Part shown: in pieces, positions 60,071 through 64,000 of the stretch
Position numbering within the stretch: position 1 is the first letter of the stretch
Layout: every line of letters begins with the position of its first letter
Source: Chlorokybus atmophyticus
Taxonomy: Eukaryota; Plantae; Mesostigma and Chlorokybus algae
DNA: 64,000 bases
Reading direction: 5' to 3'
Assembly: GCA_009103225.1 (NCBI GenBank)
Contig: RHPI01002069.1
Span: forward strand, 1,155,389 to 1,219,388
Position numbers and translations under genes: made by a program
Notes under the pieces: model-generated
The model's database searches: none
Told to the model about the DNA's origin: nothing
The model's input: only the letters and a program-made list of their open reading frames with translations

Positions 60071-62682
60071 TACATTACTGGTCCGTGCCGCACCATGGAT
60101 GGTGCGGCACGAACCATGCGTGGTGCGCGTCGCCGCGCCAACCATTTACAAACCGCGGGGCCCCGAACGGGCGGGGAACGGTCCGTCCCCCGCGGACCAG
60201 GCAGTCCTAGCCCGCGTGGTCCGTGAAAGGACCATGCATGGTTCTTCAACGTCAAGCCGTGTTAACCCTGAAGACCCTAAGGATCAGGACATCAGCGTCA
60301 CATGTATGCCGACAAAGGTCTGTAACATGCAGTATCTAATGGAGTATCTAATCTGAGCCAGCATGCCTGTTACTGCTCTTCGTCGGAGCAGGTATGGCTC
60401 GCGCGGTTATGGCAATCCACATGCCGCTAATGGCTTCAATCTCCAGTACAGTGGTGACGAGCACAGCTTTGGCCATCCTTCCACGGGCGATTGGTGGAAG
60501 GATGTGGAGGTGGATTTGAGGAGTGAGGTGGGGGAAGCGTCTTACTTGGCGCCTTCCATTCCGTACAGTAACAAGGCCACGCTAAACAGCGCGGGCAAGC
60601 GCTCTGGCTACCCTCTGATAGCATTGCTTGCCAACTACAGTTGGAACATGTATGCTATCAACATGGGGATTGTTATGATAGCGCATCGGCCGGTGGTTCA
60701 CGCAGTGGCCGGGCATCCCACTTGGGCGCAGAACAAGGAATCGTTCTCAACTCGACAATGTGAGATTTTTCATGACGCTTGAATGTAGTGTTAGGGGATG
60801 TAAAGTGGGCGAGCTGAGAAGGTCTGCAGCTCATCGATCCGAATGGCATTGAGCGTCGTGTGTTTCCCGCGCTTGCCAACCACATCAGCGACTTGCAAGT
60901 AGTGGGCATGCATGGTTGTAACTGAATGCAACATGCTGGCAAACAGTGCATGGAGGATATTGTCAGTGAGCATCTAAGTTTGCCGTGTTGCATGGTACTG
61001 CCACACTCGCACGCACTGTGTCGGGCAATCAAACGCGACAAACATCCTTCCCGATGTTTGTCTCGTCACCAAAGCAGATCTGTTGGAGATCGATGAGGAC
61101 CGGGAATTGAAAACCGAGGCTTTCTACACACCAGCAACACGTCAGCTGCGCGCGGACCTGCATAGCCGTGTTAGGAATGCACGCCAGACAGCCAAGGCTT
61201 TTAAAGAGCAGCACTCCATGCATGTCGTGGAGGTAATGGTTCAATTACTGGCATTTGTGAGAATGAATGGCTTTCCGTGTAACCAGGCAATGTGGTTTGG
61301 CAACGGAATGCACTGTGGGGTTGGCGACAGTCGCGGGTGCTGAGAGCTGACTGCTACTCTCGTCTTGCCCCTAACGCAATGCATGTGCTGAGAGGCATCA
61401 TTGACCACCTGCTTGCTGCTGTGTACGAGGCTGCGAAGGAGCGCATGCGTCCATCCACGATACAGATTCTGCAGGCCAGGCATGTTTTTGGTGTTGCTTT
61501 TGTGTTGAACACAAAAGCCAACGACACGTGCTCACAAGCAGATGTATACAGGTTGAATGCATGCAAGGCGACTCTACGGGTTTCGCACTTCAAGGCACCC
61601 ACAAGCACAGTAGATTTCTTCCTGTCCGACCACTCCTTTCAGGTGGTGGAGAAAGTGGCGGTGCTGCAGCTGCTGCCAGTCCTTGCAGACAGTTTGCTGC
61701 TCGACAATGAGGGCAATGATTTCTTCACCATTGCTGCCGCATCGCTTGCCCAGTGAAACAAGAAGTTGCTTAAGGCACATGAACACACAAGAGAGACCCT
61801 GATCACAGCCAACAACGAGCTGGCTGCCTTCAAATCTGCAGTGTTGCATCCGCTATTGTCATTATATTCTGCACAGAAGTCAGGTTGAAAGATTGAGAAG
61901 ATGCATCAGCTCACTCATTTTGGGCCGGCAATTGTCAGCAGTGGACACCCAGATTTGTTCGCGCCAATTGCATGGAGCAGACGCACGCCCAAAATATCGA
62001 AAAGTGGGCCACGTGGTGGCAACAACCGGGACTACCAGGCGCGTATCCTGAAGGTATGAAGCTGTGCGAAATATGTGAGAGAGGATGGCATGGTCGTGAC
62101 TCCCGAGATGCGCTCGAACATGGCGCAGGCGCGGCAGCAATGCTGTAACGCAACAAGACGGACAAGTTGCTACGGATGGATGTGCTGACAAGGAGGGAGT
62201 CTTCCCGTACTGAAGCGGTTCTGCGTAGCCGCCAAGTCGCCCCGAGAGCTCCATTCGCCGACAAGCTGGCTGCCACCCTGGACAGCTGGTTAACGAGGGA
62301 ACAACTGGAGTTGGCCGACGGGTGGCGTGCTGTTCGCGTGGTGACGGAAGCGCAGCGGTGTACATGACATCCGGAGTCAGCATGGCGCGCGCAACTGGGA
62401 TGTTCCATGGGCGGCCTTGGTTCTCTACACTTGAGTTGAAAAGTGATGAGGACGGTGTGAACGTGATGTGGTGGGCTCAGGCATTCCTTTTTTGCGCGTG
62501 GTGGTGTGGGGTGGTAGCGGCGAGCGCGTGTGAAAGGAGGTCGTGTTTGTCCGCTGGTACGTGAAGCTGGATGTGACGAGCGACATAAAGTGCATTGCTT
62601 TGGAATGGGAAAAGTGTCGAGGGGTTCCACATCGCGATGTCGTGACTCTGGAGCAAGTAAAAGGCATTGTTTAGCTGCTCTC

Positions 62683-63067
62683 TGTTGAGAACTAGTGATG
62701 CGCCTAGTGTGTGTGTAATTGCCTCTTACATACAAGTGTGCACACACTAAGGACAAGTGCAGCAAGCACGCCAACTATAGAGATAATGTGCGACCCACTG
62801 TATTAAGCATTATACAGTGTCTTATATACTATGCTACTAAGCACTAGTCAACTCTAGTCAACTCTAGTCAAAGTCAACACTAGTCAACACTAGTCAGTGG
62901 TCAAAGTCAATGTTGACCATGGTTGACCATAACTGCCGTAACTGCCGTAACTCCCGTAACTCTCGTAACTCTCGTAACTCCCGTAACTATAAAGGTTAAG
63001 CTGATCGTACCAACTACATGTAGGCGCCGCCTATACATGTACTTTCAACAAGCTATAACATCTAACA
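62683..63067 (-). mobile_element. 3' LTR of a Ty1/Copia-like element containing 10-bp and 9-bp tandem repeats
   Basis: Minus strand GTGGGAG (PPT-like)|TGTTAG ... CAACA; TATATAAG box at ~62820-62828; (CTAGTCAACW)n 62844-62897 and (TAACTSYCG)x6 62930-62983. Confidence 0.75.
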
Positions 63068-64000
63068 CTCCCACGCGAGCAGCTTGACCTTGAACTCCAA
63101 GTCCTTCTCGCAAGCTTACCCACATTAACTTACTCCATTGAACACTCCCACGGATCTGTTGCTCCCACGGACTTGATGCTTGTCTCCATGACACCATCTT
63201 CTCCTCATGCTGCCACCAAAACTACAAGGTTCCAATACTCCTTGTTTCCTCCTCATAGTTGTCGCATCAGGTTCCACCACGCCACGCCTGACCTTGCTCA
63301 GGTGGTTTCGAGGACTCCCTCAATGGCAAACTATGCTATAAACTACACTGAGTTCTCTACCTTAGCAATGCTGTACCAGAGTGTAGGCCGTGCAAGGGTT
63401 GATCAGACCCTTCTACCAATGAAAGCACCCCTCCCATCTCCTGTTAGCTAGCTATACAACCCAGTCTTTGCATGCCAATCAAGTGAAGTGTTCTAACTAG
63501 TACCGCACATGTGTGCTACCAAAAAACAACTCCACAGCAATGCAACCTCTGGTGTATGCAGCTCAACACCAGCAACTACTCATAGGCTAGCAGTAACTCT
63601 TACAGACCTTTGTGTCTACGACCTCCGTCTGCGCATGTCCTTCACGCGCCCTTGCAGTGGGAGAGGACGGACGAACACCATCCACTGCAACTCCTTGAGG
63701 TCCTCACCAATGCTAGAAAGCAATCGCCATCGTGGCGTGCTCCTCCTTGGTTGCCTCATCGTGGATCCTCTTCTGGCACTCGCGAATGAAGTGGCCCTTC
63801 ATCTTGCAATAATGACACTCTTTGTCACGTGATGGCTTCCCACCACCTGCTTTGCTCCTGCTTCGTGTGTGTTGAGAAGATGAGGCAGAAAGTGCAATGG
63901 GTTCTCCACCATTCTCTATCTCCTGAACATCCAACTTGCCTTCCACAGCTAGCAGCTTAGGCACTACATCAGCAAACTTTAAAACCACATTTGAGGACTC
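63068..64000 (-). mobile_element. Copia-like gag remnant with CCHC knuckle, runs off the window
   Basis: KFADVVPKLLAVEGKL...KECHYCKMKGHFIRECQKR (CX2CX4HX4C); only ~650 nt between knuckle and PPT, so IN/RT/RH are largely missing. Confidence 0.7.

Larger units (their letters stand above)
56239..60263. mobile_element. ~4.0-kb non-autonomous CACTA-like TIR element with GGACC/GGTCC subterminal repeats
   Basis: Left end CACACTGCTTGACGTT vs right-end reverse complement AACACGGCTTGACGTT; AAC duplicated at both flanks (3-5-bp TSD); dense GGTCC/GGACC motifs at both ends. Confidence 0.8.
55608..62682 (+). pseudogene. Plavaka-family (CMC/EnSpm-related) transposase pseudogene, split by a 4-kb insertion and truncated by a Copia LTR
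   Basis: N-terminal Zn finger CPYCHMRF..VYMHI..C; after the insertion HPSTGDWW, LAPSIPYSNKATLNSAGKRSGYPL, KMHQLTHF, RATGMFHGRPWFSTL; removing 56239-60263 restores ...DLLN-PEDPKD in frame. Confidence 0.8.

Noticed and set aside
62844-62990. CRISPR-like or telomeric array
   Set aside because: Units are 9-10 bp, spacer-less and inside a Copia LTR; not telomeric sequence.
48400-64000. TAA/TAG reassignment (as in some ulvophytes) to explain in-frame stops
   Set aside because: Host genes end in TAG and TGA normally; stops occur only in TE remnants together with frameshifts, consistent with decay.

Overview
Eukaryotic nuclear DNA from a green-lineage alga (Viridiplantae, inferred from plant-type catalase, plastid APX, Mini-III and spliceosomal introns), standard genetic code, with four N-gaps. 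Bases ~1-48,300 are gene-dense and hold 11 mostly intron-containing genes: plastid ascorbate peroxidase, EamA/WAT1-like transporter, a DEN-box/D-box/WAGE protein resembling RSS1/PATRONUS (securin candidate), GID4, a Dicer-like gene, an LMW-PTP-like protein lacking the catalytic Cys, catalase, an unknown multi-pass membrane protein with a large loop, a CAP59/GT69 glycosyltransferase, a kinesin, Mini-RNase III and acireductone dioxygenase (with two paralogous terminal exons). Bases ~48,400-64,000 are a nest of decayed transposons: a Gypsy integrase-PHD remnant, a Gypsy LTR/gag/protease remnant carrying a complete 502-bp TRIM whose 5' LTR junction forms tRNA-type A/B boxes, a Plavaka transposase pseudogene with a divergent spliced partner gene, split by a 4-kb CACTA-like element that itself contains two TIR elements, and a Copia LTR/gag remnant. 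All calls are from manual motif recognition; no database searches were run. No rRNA, tRNA genes or CRISPR arrays were found.
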